Positions 39,885-50,322 of a stretch of DNA of 64,000 nucleotides are shown in pieces. Position 1 is the first letter of the stretch. Each line of letters begins with the position of its first letter. The notes below the pieces were generated by a model, which did not search any database, was not told the origin of the DNA, and saw only the letters and a program-made list of their open reading frames with translations. Location of the stretch: positions 288,001 to 352,000 of the forward strand of contig JAWVXD010000001.1 in assembly GCA_033723415.1 (NCBI GenBank), read 5' to 3'. Made by a program: the position numbers and the translations under genes. This stretch comes from Sulfurospirillaceae bacterium (GTDB lineage: Bacteria; Campylobacterota; Campylobacteria; Campylobacterales; Sulfurospirillaceae).

Positions 39885-40541
39885 TTAGTTCATTATGTAA
39901 CCTAATCCACGGACTGTTTTTATATTGATAGAAGAACCTAGTTTTTTTCTCAATCTAGAAATATAAGTTTCAACAGCTGTAGGATTAAAATCATCATCAA
40001 TTGTAGTGATATGTTCCACTATATTTTCTTTGCTGACTATTGCATTTTGATTTTGTAGTAGGTATTCAAATATTTTTAATTCTCTTTTGCTAAGTTCGAT
40101 GATAGCTTCATTTTTTGTTAATATGAAAGTATTGGTATCATATACCAAATCGTTGTATTTGATCGTGTGTGTTAGGTTGTTTTTACTACGTCTAAGCAAG
40201 GCATGGACTCTGGCGATGACTTCTTCCATCTCAAATGGTTTACATAGATAATCATCCGCTCCGGTATCTAAGCCTAATATCCTTTGATCTAGTTGGTCTC
40301 GAGCCGAAATCACGAGAATCGGCAAATTTCGCTGTGATTTTCGCAGCTTCTTGATAACATCAATACCATCAATGATAGGTAACCCCAAATCCAAGATCAA
40401 TAAGTCATAAGTCGTCATCTCTAAGGCATAAAGACCAGCCTCTCCATCGCCAAAAAGATCCACTAAGAAACCGATCTCTTTTAGCTTTTTATAGATACCG
40501 TTTGCGAGCGTTTCGTTGTCTTCGATTAGTAATATTTTCAT
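39885..40541 (-). CDS. response regulator, TctD-like
   Basis: LDLGLP, GADDYLCKPF, VETYISRLRKKL, TVRGLGY. Confidence 0.9.
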   Translation of the reverse strand: MKILLIEDNETLANGIYKKLKEIGFLVDLFGDGEAGLYALEMTTYDLLILDLGLPIIDGIDVIKKLRKSQRNLPILVISARDQLDQRILGLDTGADDYLCKPFEMEEVIARVHALLRRSKNNLTHTIKYNDLVYDTNTFILTKNEAIIELSKRELKIFEYLLQNQNAIVSKENIVEHITTIDDDFNPTAVETYISRLRKKLGSSINIKTVRGLGYIMN

Positions 40542-40802
40542 GTTTGAATTATATCATAAAATTTCGCAGCGATATTCTTTAGTTTGTTACGATTTTACTT
40601 CATTTTTATGATTTTTAAATAGAAGAAATATAATGCAAGTTTGATGACAGATTTCAATGCTACGATGATTTTCAAGAGAACAAATAACTTTGCATATGAG
40701 ATTTAAAATCAAGAAACCGGTGATGAGGAGAACCGGTTAAAGCAAAATTTCAAAAATGCAAAAATCAGTGTTTCTTACTAAAAAATTCAAAGGAGAATTG
40801 AG

Positions 40803-41783
40803 ATGAAATTTTTTAAATCCGTTGCAATTTTTGCAATGTCCTCATGTTTTTTGATGAGCGCAAGTTATGGCTCTCAAATCAATATTACATTCCCACTACA
40901 TGTGGCACCTAAAAATGCTAGAACAGTAATGCTCAAAGATTATGTTGACCAAGTCAGTAAGTTTTCAGGCGGAAGGATTAAAGTCACACTCTATCCGGGA
41001 GATCAACTTTATAATACCGCATCAGGACTTAGAGCATTAACACAAGGTTCAGTTCAAATGATGGAGGCCCCAAACGGTGCGTATTTAGCGTATGATAAAA
41101 TATTTAATCTTATAGAAATTCCATTTGTTTTTAACAATAGTCAAAAATACTACAACTTTTTATACGGAGCACCCGGTGAAAAAATACTAAAAAGTCTTGA
41201 AAAAAGTAATATGCACGGTATCACTTTTGCAGATGAAGGTCCTATGATCATCGCGACCAAAGATAGACTTCTTGCAATTCCATCAGATTTTAAAGGCTTA
41301 GTGGTTCGTACATCTGGACATAAACTGGTCGAAGATTCTCTTAGATTACTTGGTGCATCAACCACTAAAATGTCACTTAGCGAAGTTTACTCAGCAGCAC
41401 AACAAAATGTTATCAATGCGGTTTATACAACGATCAGTGCCTATAAAGCACAGCATTTATATGAAGTTATGCCTTATGTAACATTATGGCCGGGTCGTGG
41501 TGCGTATGTTTGGGTTACTTCCGATAAATTGTGGAATAGTCTTGATGCGTATGATAAACACACGATCAGCACAGCTGCAAAACAAGCAGCACTAGAGTAT
41601 GATTATCATGCTTGGCACAATAAAGACAAAGATATTGCCGAGCTTTCTAAAAAAGGTGTGAAATATCATGAATTGACAGAGAGCGAACTCAAAACGATAC
41701 ACTCCAAAATCATGCCGCTTTACAACGACTTGAAGAAAAAATTCGGTTCAGAAATTATCGACAGTATAGTTTCCGGAAAATAA
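40803..41783 (+). CDS. dctP: TRAP transporter substrate-binding protein
   Basis: Signal peptide, DFKGLVVRT, SEVYSAAQQ. Confidence 0.87.
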   Translation: MKFFKSVAIFAMSSCFLMSASYGSQINITFPLHVAPKNARTVMLKDYVDQVSKFSGGRIKVTLYPGDQLYNTASGLRALTQGSVQMMEAPNGAYLAYDKIFNLIEIPFVFNNSQKYYNFLYGAPGEKILKSLEKSNMHGITFADEGPMIIATKDRLLAIPSDFKGLVVRTSGHKLVEDSLRLLGASTTKMSLSEVYSAAQQNVINAVYTTISAYKAQHLYEVMPYVTLWPGRGAYVWVTSDKLWNSLDAYDKHTISTAAKQAALEYDYHAWHNKDKDIAELSKKGVKYHELTESELKTIHSKIMPLYNDLKKKFGSEIIDSIVSGK

Positions 41784-41862
41784 TAATCAATCTATCTTGA
41801 CTGGACATTATGGTTTCAGTCAAGATAATCTTAATATCAAAATTACAATAGGAGCGCCGTTT

Positions 41863-42396
41863 ATGATTGCAACAAAAAAACAAGTTGAAAATTCTATTTT
41901 GGGTAAATTATTGAGTTTCAACCTCAAAATAGCAAGTTTAGAATTAAGGCTAGCAAGCATCATGATTGTGATTGCAAGTTGCTTATCACTATATACTATT
42001 ATTGTTCGAAATTCCGGGCATAGTACTGCTGATTGGACTGTTGATTTACCTATTGCTCTTGTTAGCTGGGCTATCTTCATAGGCAGTGGTGCCAATTTTG
42101 TTTACAAGAGTCATATCAACACCGATTTTTTTTTAGAAAAATTGCCTTTTAAATTGAAAAAAACGATTTTGATCTTTGTTAATTTTGTATTGCTTGGTAT
42201 GTTTATCTTTATCGTACATTACAGTATCATCGCAACGGAATTGTTTATAAAAACAGGAAATAGACTATATGAGATGTTTAACACACCTGTATATATTGTG
42301 TTTCTGATTTTGCCGATCAGTGTGGTCATATGGTGCGTACACGTTTTGATAGACATTGTAGATATTTATTGTTCAACTGAAAAAGAGGGAGCTTAG
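41863..42396 (+). CDS. dctQ: TRAP transporter small permease
   Basis: Four TM segments, SHINTD; ATG 41863 follows GGAG (ORF track start 41797). Confidence 0.82.
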   Translation: MIATKKQVENSILGKLLSFNLKIASLELRLASIMIVIASCLSLYTIIVRNSGHSTADWTVDLPIALVSWAIFIGSGANFVYKSHINTDFFLEKLPFKLKKTILIFVNFVLLGMFIFIVHYSIIATELFIKTGNRLYEMFNTPVYIVFLILPISVVIWCVHVLIDIVDIYCSTEKEGA

Positions 42397-42400
42397 TATT

Positions 42401-43705
42401 ATGGAAATTATCATGACGTTACTGCCGTTTGTTTTTCTTATTGTTTTGATGACTTTGAGTGTACCTGTAGGATTTTCACTCATCCTCTCAAGTATATTGG
42501 AGTTGTTGGTTACTGGCAATTATTTCTTTTTTCAAGAAATCCCTACAACACTTTATTTTTCGCTTGATCATTTTACATTTCTAGCGATACCGTTTTTTAT
42601 CTTATCGGCGGAGCTTCTTTCAGGAGGTAAAGTGATAGATCTATTATTTGCCTTAGCTTCGGTACTTTTAAAACGAGTTCCAGGCGGAGTCGGTGTTGTG
42701 ACTATCTTTGTGAGTATGATGCTCTCATCAATACAAGGCTCGAGTGCCGCTACTGCTGCAGCTCTTGGCAAAATCGGAACGGATGGTATGGGAAAAGAAG
42801 GATATGACCGAGGATTTGCTGCTTCTTTGATCGCAGCATCTGGAGGTTTGGCTATCATGATACCCCCAAGTATAGCGATGATTATCTATGGTACGTTATC
42901 TAATACTTCGATTGGAAAGTTATTTTACGGCGGGATTTTACCAGGAGTCATTATCGGCACTGCATTGATCGCTTATACTATGATCGTTGCTTATAAAAAC
43001 AAATACGGGGTAGAACATGAAGCGATAAGCTGGAGAGCAATTTTTATATTGCTAAGAAACTCAATCCCACTTTTATTCTTCCCTGTCATTGTTTTGTTTG
43101 GTTTTTATACCGGAAAATTTACCGCTACCGAGATTGGAACGATCAGTGCATTTTATTCTGCCTTTATCGGTGCTTTTATTTACAGAACGATCAATATGAA
43201 AAATATTTTTCAAATTATCGACCGATCAAGTAAAGTCACGGTTTCTATCTTTATCATTATTGCCGGAGCGATTTTATTTCAACATATTTTGGTGTTGTCC
43301 GGTTTTGTGAATACAATTTTAGGTGTCATTCATCAAGCCTCACTCTCACGCTTTGAGTTTTTAATTATCATCAGCGTGATCATGTACTTCCTTGGTATGT
43401 TTATGGAAGGTGTCGCACTCAATGTCTTAACCACACCAATTTTAGCACCTATCGCCTTGACATTGGGAATCGATCCTGTGCATTATGGCATCATCTTAGT
43501 TCTAAATATTGAAATTGCACTCATTTCTCCGCCTGTCGGACTCAATCTCTTTGTGCTTTCAGGTGTTACAAATATCAAACCTGAAGCCATGTATAAAGCA
43601 GTATGGCCTGTTATCTTGGTACTTGTGGCTTGTTTGGTTTTACTAATCGCTTTCCCACAATTGACGCTTTTCTTGCCTCATTTGTTGACAAGTACTCATA
43701 TGTAA
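42401..43705 (+). CDS. dctM: TRAP transporter large permease
   Basis: LAIPFFIL, GSSAATAAA, IPPSI, ISPPVG. Confidence 0.92.
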   Translation: MEIIMTLLPFVFLIVLMTLSVPVGFSLILSSILELLVTGNYFFFQEIPTTLYFSLDHFTFLAIPFFILSAELLSGGKVIDLLFALASVLLKRVPGGVGVVTIFVSMMLSSIQGSSAATAAALGKIGTDGMGKEGYDRGFAASLIAASGGLAIMIPPSIAMIIYGTLSNTSIGKLFYGGILPGVIIGTALIAYTMIVAYKNKYGVEHEAISWRAIFILLRNSIPLLFFPVIVLFGFYTGKFTATEIGTISAFYSAFIGAFIYRTINMKNIFQIIDRSSKVTVSIFIIIAGAILFQHILVLSGFVNTILGVIHQASLSRFEFLIIISVIMYFLGMFMEGVALNVLTTPILAPIALTLGIDPVHYGIILVLNIEIALISPPVGLNLFVLSGVTNIKPEAMYKAVWPVILVLVACLVLLIAFPQLTLFLPHLLTSTHM

Positions 43706-43767
43706 GTTTTACCGAGTGTAAAATTTACGTTATTTAATAAATTGAATTATATTATCAGGGGGAACAG

Positions 43768-44835
43768 ATGAATGATCTTAAAAAAATAAAATGTATGTTG
43801 TTTCGTGGGGGAACGTCAAAGGGTGCATTTTTTTTAGCCAATGACTTACCTACGGATATAAAACAGAGAGATGAATTGCTGCTGAAAATCATGGGATCTC
43901 CTGATCCTAAGCAGATAGACGGTATCGGAGGAGCCGCTTTTGTGACTAGTAAAGTTGCCATATTAAGCAGTTCCAAAAGAGAAGGTATCGATGTAGATTA
44001 TAAATTTGTGCAAGTGATGGTCGATGAGCCGATCGTGGATGATAAACCAACTTGCGGTAATATCCTCACTGGAGTCGGAGTTTTTGCAATTGAGCGGGGT
44101 TTAGTGACCATTCAAGACGGTGTTACGCCGGTTAGGATTTACGACATCAACACCGGTGCTACTATCTCACAGATCATACAAACGCCTAATCGCTGTATCC
44201 AATACAAAGGAGATACAAGTATCACCGGAGTTCCCGGTACTGCAGCTCCGGTTGAGATGTACTTTCAAAATATCGCAGGAGGCAAAACCGGACATTACTT
44301 ACCTACAAAAAATCCTATAGACATCATCGACGGTATTGAGGTGACATGTCTTGATATCAGTATGCCTATCGTATTTGTCAAGGCAGAGGATGTCGGTATC
44401 AGCGGTTATGAAACACCCGGTTTGCTTGATAAAAATGAAGCGTTATTTGAAAAATTGATCGCGATACGAGAAAAAGCTTCTTTGATCATGGGATTAGGAC
44501 CTGCAAAAGGCAATGTCATTCCTAAAATTGTCGTGATCAGTCCTCCAAAAAATGACGGCGATATCAATATACGATATTTCACGCCTCTAAGCTGTCATCC
44601 GACAGTCGCAGTATCGGGAGGTTTTTGTATCTCTGTAGGCTGCTTTATAGAGGGAACTTTGATGAATCAAATCCATCCTATGAAATTAGCCGTAGGCGAT
44701 TATACGATCAAAATAGAAAATCCTGGCGGTACGACACCTATTAGCGTTAGTTTTCCGAGCCTTGATATTAGTGAAGTGAGCGGTAAGACGATCAGAACTG
44801 CAAGGTTGCTATTTGATGGAGTAGTCTATGCATGA
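43768..44835 (+). CDS. PrpF/FldA-family isomerase (aconitate or oxalomesaconate isomerase-like)
   Basis: RGGTSKG, GSPDPKQIDGIGG..TSKVAI, CGNIL, RTARLLFDG. Confidence 0.9.
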   Translation: MNDLKKIKCMLFRGGTSKGAFFLANDLPTDIKQRDELLLKIMGSPDPKQIDGIGGAAFVTSKVAILSSSKREGIDVDYKFVQVMVDEPIVDDKPTCGNILTGVGVFAIERGLVTIQDGVTPVRIYDINTGATISQIIQTPNRCIQYKGDTSITGVPGTAAPVEMYFQNIAGGKTGHYLPTKNPIDIIDGIEVTCLDISMPIVFVKAEDVGISGYETPGLLDKNEALFEKLIAIREKASLIMGLGPAKGNVIPKIVVISPPKNDGDINIRYFTPLSCHPTVAVSGGFCISVGCFIEGTLMNQIHPMKLAVGDYTIKIENPGGTTPISVSFPSLDISEVSGKTIRTARLLFDGVVYA

Positions 44836-46210
44836 TATTATCGTTATCGGAGGGGGCAATGCTGCTTTATGTGCAGCTATCAGCGCAGCAGAAGAGGGCA
44901 AAAGTGTCTTGTTGTTGGAATCTGCTCCAAAACTGTGGCGAGGCGGAAATTCCCAACACACGAGAAATATGCGCGTATCTCATGAAGAACCGACTGAAAC
45001 CTTGGTGGAGCGCTATCCATTTTCTGAATTTTATGAGGATCTCCTCAAGGTCACCAAAGGTGAGACCGATACAGAATTAGCCACTTTGATGATCCAAAAG
45101 TCTGTAGAGCTATTACACTGGATGAACCGTCATGGAATTTACTTTCAGCAAAGTATCTCAGGGACTCTCAGTTTATCTCGAACCAATGCTTTCTTTTTGG
45201 GTGGTGGTAAGACGTTGGTCAACAGAGAGTATCAAATAGCGCAAGATCTAGGTGTCGAAGTTTTGTATGAACATGAAGTTGAGCGCGTCAATATGCAAGA
45301 TGATCACGTCCAATCCCTTGATGTCATGACACCGCAGGGAGTTAAAAATTTCCAAGCTAAAGCATATATTGCAGCAAGCGGCGGGTTTGAATCCAATCGC
45401 GAATGGCTTAAAGAAGCATGGGGAGAAAAAGCAGATAATTTTCTAATCCGAGGTACTCGCTTTAATCAAGGAAAAGTGCTAAAAAGCTTACTAGAACAAG
45501 GCATACAGCCTGTCGGCAAGCCTGAACAAGGGCATGCTGTCGCCATTGACGGGCGAGCGCCGCTTTATGATGGCGGTATTGTCACGAGACTTGATTGCGT
45601 ACCTTTTGGGATTGTACTAAATAAAAACGGTAAAAGATTTTATGATGAGGGAGAGGATTTTTGGCCAAAACGATATGCGATCTGGGGAAGACTCGTAGCA
45701 GCACAACCCGATCAAGTCGGCTATGTCATCATCGACAGTAAAAGTTTTGATCTCTTTATGCCTTCCGTCTTTGCACCGATAAAAGATGAGACGATAGAAG
45801 GATTGGCAGAGAAATTAGATCTTCCGGTTGAGTCCGTGCTTCAAACCATCAATGAATATAACGACCACGTAAAAAAGGGTGATTTTGACACAACGATTTT
45901 GGATGGATGTCAAACAGAGGGCTTGGAAGTAGATAAAACAAACTGGGCGAGAAAGATCGACACTCCGCCGTACTATGCCTACATGTTACGCCCCGGCATC
46001 ACGTTTACCTATCTTGGCGTCAAAATAGATACCAATGCACAGGTTTATATGCGTGATGGAAGAGCGGTAGCAAATCTATTCGCAACCGGTGAGATGGTTG
46101 CAGGTAATATCTTAGGACAAGGTTATTTGGCAGGTACCGGTATGGCTATAGGAGGCGTATTTGGAGTGATAGCAGGGAAAGGGGGCAGTCAATGTTGCAA
46201 GATAGTATAA
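44828..46210 (+). CDS. tcuA: FAD-dependent tricarballylate dehydrogenase
   Basis: GGGNAALCAA, RGGNSQHTRN, RTNAFFLGGGK, DEGEDFWPKRYAIWG, GNILGQGYLAG. Confidence 0.93.
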   Translation: MHDIIVIGGGNAALCAAISAAEEGKSVLLLESAPKLWRGGNSQHTRNMRVSHEEPTETLVERYPFSEFYEDLLKVTKGETDTELATLMIQKSVELLHWMNRHGIYFQQSISGTLSLSRTNAFFLGGGKTLVNREYQIAQDLGVEVLYEHEVERVNMQDDHVQSLDVMTPQGVKNFQAKAYIAASGGFESNREWLKEAWGEKADNFLIRGTRFNQGKVLKSLLEQGIQPVGKPEQGHAVAIDGRAPLYDGGIVTRLDCVPFGIVLNKNGKRFYDEGEDFWPKRYAIWGRLVAAQPDQVGYVIIDSKSFDLFMPSVFAPIKDETIEGLAEKLDLPVESVLQTINEYNDHVKKGDFDTTILDGCQTEGLEVDKTNWARKIDTPPYYAYMLRPGITFTYLGVKIDTNAQVYMRDGRAVANLFATGEMVAGNILGQGYLAGTGMAIGGVFGVIAGKGGSQCCKIV

Positions 46211-47307
46211 AACAAACACCACAAGATAACTTGCAAGAAGCAAGACGTATCATGGAGATCTGTAACGCGTGTCGTTACTGCGAAAGTTTATGCCCGGTTT
46301 TCCCGGAGATCACACGATTTAGAACGTTTAGTGATCATGATCTAAACTATTTAGCAAATCTTTGCCACAACTGCAAAGGATGTTACTACGGGTGTCAGTA
46401 CTCACCTCCTCATGAATTTGCCATCAATGTTCCAAAAACGTTGGCGGAAGTGAGAGTGGATAGTTATGCCAGATATGCATTTCCTCAGGTTTTGGGTAAA
46501 TTGTTTGCAAAAAATGGAACATTTGTCAGTATCATGATAGCCTTGTGCATCGCATTGATCTTTGTAGTAGGATCAATATTTAGCACTACGGGGTCATTTT
46601 TTGCAACTCACAGCGGCGAGGGGTCTTTTTATCAAGTAATACCAAGTTTTCTCATGATCGGTGTGCCGATGATCATCGGTGTTTATGTTTTGGCAGCTTT
46701 TTATTTTGGATTTCAACAATTTTGGTTAGAAAGCGGCAATGAAATAGGTGAGCTTAAATGCGGCGCCCTTTGGAAGTCGGCTTTTGGTGACATCATGACC
46801 TTAAGACATTTAGACGGCGGCGAACACGGACACGGATGCACCCATATGGATGATCGCTTTAGTCACTCAAGAAGATGGTTTCATCAAGCCACAATGTTTG
46901 GATTTTTCTTTGCGATCATCTCTACAAGTATTGCGGCGATTGATGAGCATATTTTAGGTTTGGCGGCGCCCTATGGATTTACTTCGCTGCCTGTGATCTT
47001 TGGCACGTTAGGCGGCGTGATGATGGTGATCGGCACGATTGGACTTGCCGCGATTAAAACCAAAGCAGATCCTGCTCCGATGGCAAAGCAATTACTGGGT
47101 ATGGATTATTCATTTATCGTTTTATTGTTCTTGGTGAGTTTGTCCGGCTTGCTTTTATTGGCTTTACGAAATACGGCTTTGATGCCTTTGACGTTATGCA
47201 TCCATCTTGGCTTTGTTTTAGCGTTTTTCGTAACCATGCCTTATAGTAAGTTTGTGCATTTTCTCTATAGACTAGGTGCCTTGCTCAAATTTGCCAAATA
47301 CAAGTGA
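46192..47307 (+). CDS. tcuB: tricarballylate utilisation 4Fe-4S membrane protein
   Basis: CNACRYCESLCPVF, CHNCKGCYYGCQY, MPYSKFVH. Confidence 0.93.
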   Translation: MLQDSIKQTPQDNLQEARRIMEICNACRYCESLCPVFPEITRFRTFSDHDLNYLANLCHNCKGCYYGCQYSPPHEFAINVPKTLAEVRVDSYARYAFPQVLGKLFAKNGTFVSIMIALCIALIFVVGSIFSTTGSFFATHSGEGSFYQVIPSFLMIGVPMIIGVYVLAAFYFGFQQFWLESGNEIGELKCGALWKSAFGDIMTLRHLDGGEHGHGCTHMDDRFSHSRRWFHQATMFGFFFAIISTSIAAIDEHILGLAAPYGFTSLPVIFGTLGGVMMVIGTIGLAAIKTKADPAPMAKQLLGMDYSFIVLLFLVSLSGLLLLALRNTALMPLTLCIHLGFVLAFFVTMPYSKFVHFLYRLGALLKFAKYK

Positions 47308-47325
47308 TTTGAAACCATTAAAAAG

Positions 47326-48381
47326 ATGAATATGAAAAATATTGCTAAAGTACTACTCACACTCTTTATAGCCCTTATTGGAGCAGTAATATTTGAATAT
47401 TTTAAATTACCTCTTCCTTGGTTAATAGGACCTATCGTTATCATATCTATTGTGGTAAAACTTTTTCCGACATTGCCAATGGAAGAGCCGAAAATTTTCT
47501 CTTCTCCTGCAAAGGCAATACTTGGCTTGACGATAGGAAGTGCCTTTGTGCCTGCAATTTTAAATCATCTAGGCAGCTACATGATCAGTTTGTGTATTGT
47601 CGTACCTTTTATTTTGGTGATAGCCGTTGGAGGTACTTTTTATTATTGGAAATTTCTAGGGCTTGATCGTATGACGGCTTTTTTCAGTGCGATGCCTGGG
47701 GGTATCTTGGTCATGGTTTCCATCGGCGAAGAGATGGGTGCCAATGTCTATAAAGTGACCTTGATGCAAGCCACAAGGCTCCTTTTGGTGATCTTTTCAC
47801 TGCCGCTTATCATCAAACACTGGGCACATATTGATCTTAGTTCCAATGTAACATTTACGCCTCCGCTGAGAGATGTTTCTTTGGTTGACTTGGCTTTGTT
47901 GGCGATTCTTGGCATCGTTGGAGTTTGGATTTCAAAAAAATGGAAAATTTCAGGAGGAAACCTCCTGATTCCTATGGTGCTGAGTGCGGTTTTTTATTTT
48001 AACGGTTGGATCGTCTCTAAACCGCCGGATGAAATTATCAAGCTGGTTCAGATTATCCTTGGCTCATCAATCGGTTTTTCATTTTATGGGGCCCCTATAA
48101 AAGACATCATCAAGACCATTGTTTCGACTATCGGGTATTTTATCCTTTTGCTTTCAACCTGTTTCCTTGCGATCATGCTGGTGCATGAGATCACCGACAT
48201 CGATCTGCTCTCGATCATCTTGGCTTTTGCGCCGGGCGGGCAGGCTGCGATCAATCTGATAGCCATAGTGGTAGCGGCAAATATCCCTTATGTTGCACTG
48301 CATCATGTTTTAAGGATTTTTTTGGTCATGGCGGTTTCACCGATCTTTGCCAAAAAGTTTAAGTCTGAAGAGATAATTTAA
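47326..48381 (+). CDS. AbrB-family membrane protein
   Basis: LPLPWLIGP, AMPGG and AFAPGG internal repeat, HHVLR. Confidence 0.85.
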   Translation: MNMKNIAKVLLTLFIALIGAVIFEYFKLPLPWLIGPIVIISIVVKLFPTLPMEEPKIFSSPAKAILGLTIGSAFVPAILNHLGSYMISLCIVVPFILVIAVGGTFYYWKFLGLDRMTAFFSAMPGGILVMVSIGEEMGANVYKVTLMQATRLLLVIFSLPLIIKHWAHIDLSSNVTFTPPLRDVSLVDLALLAILGIVGVWISKKWKISGGNLLIPMVLSAVFYFNGWIVSKPPDEIIKLVQIILGSSIGFSFYGAPIKDIIKTIVSTIGYFILLLSTCFLAIMLVHEITDIDLLSIILAFAPGGQAAINLIAIVVAANIPYVALHHVLRIFLVMAVSPIFAKKFKSEEII

Positions 48382-48386
48382 AAAAG

Positions 48387-48965
48387 CTAATCTATATGTA
48401 GCGATACGATCCTATCGCTGCACCACTTTGCTAAACTTTCATCATGAGTTATCAATAAAATTCCTACCATATCCAAAAATTTCACAAGAAGCTTCATGAC
48501 TTCAAGCTGCGTTATATTGTCAAGAGCGCTTGTCGGTTCATCAGCCAAGATCAGATCAGGTTTCATAAGAAGAGCTCGCAATATAGAACATCTCTGCAGT
48601 TGTCCACCGCTTAGTTCATGCGGTTTCTTTTCCAAAAGTTCTGTTGCAAGATTTAACTCACTACAAAGCTTTTCATGACCATCCAAAGTAGCCACATCTT
48701 TTATTTGATCTATTATCTTATATGTTGGATGAAAAGACGTGTAGGGATCTTGAAAAATTTGAGAAAAATTTGAAACTTGGATGACACCGGAACTTGGTTT
48801 TAAATTCTTACTAATCAACTCAAACAATGTACTTTTACCTGAGCCGCTAGGTCCTACAATACAGACAATTTCACCTTTATTTACATCTAGAGAAAAATTT
48901 TTATAAATATTTCGCTTACCGTCATACGAGAACGATATATCTTCAATCTTCAGAATCTTATGCAT
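48387..48965 (-). CDS. ABC transporter ATP-binding protein
   Basis: [26 protein letters not shown]. Confidence 0.88.
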   Translation of the reverse strand: MHKILKIEDISFSYDGKRNIYKNFSLDVNKGEIVCIVGPSGSGKSTLFELISKNLKPSSGVIQVSNFSQIFQDPYTSFHPTYKIIDQIKDVATLDGHEKLCSELNLATELLEKKPHELSGGQLQRCSILRALLMKPDLILADEPTSALDNITQLEVMKLLVKFLDMVGILLITHDESLAKWCSDRIVSLHID

Positions 48966-50198
48966 TTATCTTATGTTTCCACTGCCATAAATCTTATATT
49001 TATAGGTCGTCAGATCATTTATTCCCATTGGTCCTCTAGCATGAAGTTTACTTGTGCTTATACCTACTTCCGCACCAAAACCAAACTCAGAGCCATCTGT
49101 AAATCTTGTACTTGCATTGATATATACACAAGCAGAGTCCACTTCATTTAAGAATTGTTCTCCATTAGAATACACCTGCGTAATAATAGAATCAGAATGT
49201 CCTGAGCCGTATTTATTGATGTGAGCTATTGCTTCATCAATATTTGCTACAACTTTTATGGATAGTATATTGTCAAGATATTCTGTATAAAAATCATCTT
49301 CTGAGGCTTCTTGAACGTCAATATATTGTCTCGTTTTTTCACAACCTAAGAGTTTTGTGCCCATTGCAATAAAATCATTTTTTAGTTGAGGAAGTATTGA
49401 TTTTGCAATATTTTCGTGAATCAAAAGTGTTTCCATCGCATTGCAAACACCTGTTCTTTGGCACTTTGCATTTACAGCTATCTTTAAGGCATCTTGTATT
49501 TTGGCACTTTCATCTATAAAAATATGGCATAGTCCCTTGTCATGTTTTATGACAGGCACACTTGAGTTTTCAGATACATATCGGATCAACTCTTCACCGC
49601 CTCTTGGTATGATCAAATCAACAAATTTATCCATTTTTATGAGTTTTGCAACACCTTCTCTTGAATCATCAGGCAATAAGGAAATGATCTCTTTAGGTAA
49701 ACCAAGCTCGACAAGCGTCTCTTGCAGTATATTTGCTATGACGGTGTTGCTGTGTCTTGCTTCTTTTCCACCTTTTAAAACACAGGCATTTCCGCTTTTA
49801 AAACAAAGTGCTGCCGTGTCGCTGGTTACATTTGGACGACTCTCATATATAATACCGATAACTCCTATAGGAACTGATACTTTTTCTATGCGAAGGCCAT
49901 CAGGTGTTATCCAACCATCAAGAATCCTTCCTGTCGGTTCTTTCAATACAGCGATTTCTCTGATGCTTTTTGTCATGCCCAATATTCTTTCTTTTGTAAG
50001 AGAGAGCCTATCCATCAATGCATCAGGAAGTTGGTTAGCTATACCGGCTTCTAAATCTTTTTGATTTTCACTGATAATCAAAGCAATATTTTTTTCTATA
50101 TTCTCAGCCATATGATTTAATATCTTTGCTTTATATTTGGGTTTAAATGTAGAGAGCACTCGACTTGCATCTTTGATATTTTTTAAGAAATTTTCCAT
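48966..50198 (-). CDS. proA: gamma-glutamyl phosphate reductase
   Basis: IYESRPNVT, IIPRGG, CNAMETLL, NASTRFTDG, KLHARGPMG. Confidence 0.97.
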   Translation of the reverse strand: MENFLKNIKDASRVLSTFKPKYKAKILNHMAENIEKNIALIISENQKDLEAGIANQLPDALMDRLSLTKERILGMTKSIREIAVLKEPTGRILDGWITPDGLRIEKVSVPIGVIGIIYESRPNVTSDTAALCFKSGNACVLKGGKEARHSNTVIANILQETLVELGLPKEIISLLPDDSREGVAKLIKMDKFVDLIIPRGGEELIRYVSENSSVPVIKHDKGLCHIFIDESAKIQDALKIAVNAKCQRTGVCNAMETLLIHENIAKSILPQLKNDFIAMGTKLLGCEKTRQYIDVQEASEDDFYTEYLDNILSIKVVANIDEAIAHINKYGSGHSDSIITQVYSNGEQFLNEVDSACVYINASTRFTDGSEFGFGAEVGISTSKLHARGPMGINDLTTYKYKIYGSGNIR

Positions 50199-50322
50199 TT
50201 TTTACCCTTCTCACATAAATATTATAAACAAATTGAATAAATTTTTTAAGATTTTACTCTTTTTTTAATGTAAGTAAGATAAAATTGTTTATAATTCACT
50301 GCAAGAGGATAAAGGAGGCAAA

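Noticed and set aside
40560..40802. Riboswitch in the leader of the second TRAP operon (AACCGGT...ACCGGTT hairpin)
   Set aside because: Only one short stem and no recognisable aptamer consensus; an Rfam scan would be needed
49441..50064. 207-aa ORF antisense to proA, and the many other short antisense ORFs in the track
   Set aside because: Shadow frames of well-supported genes, without motifs or SD
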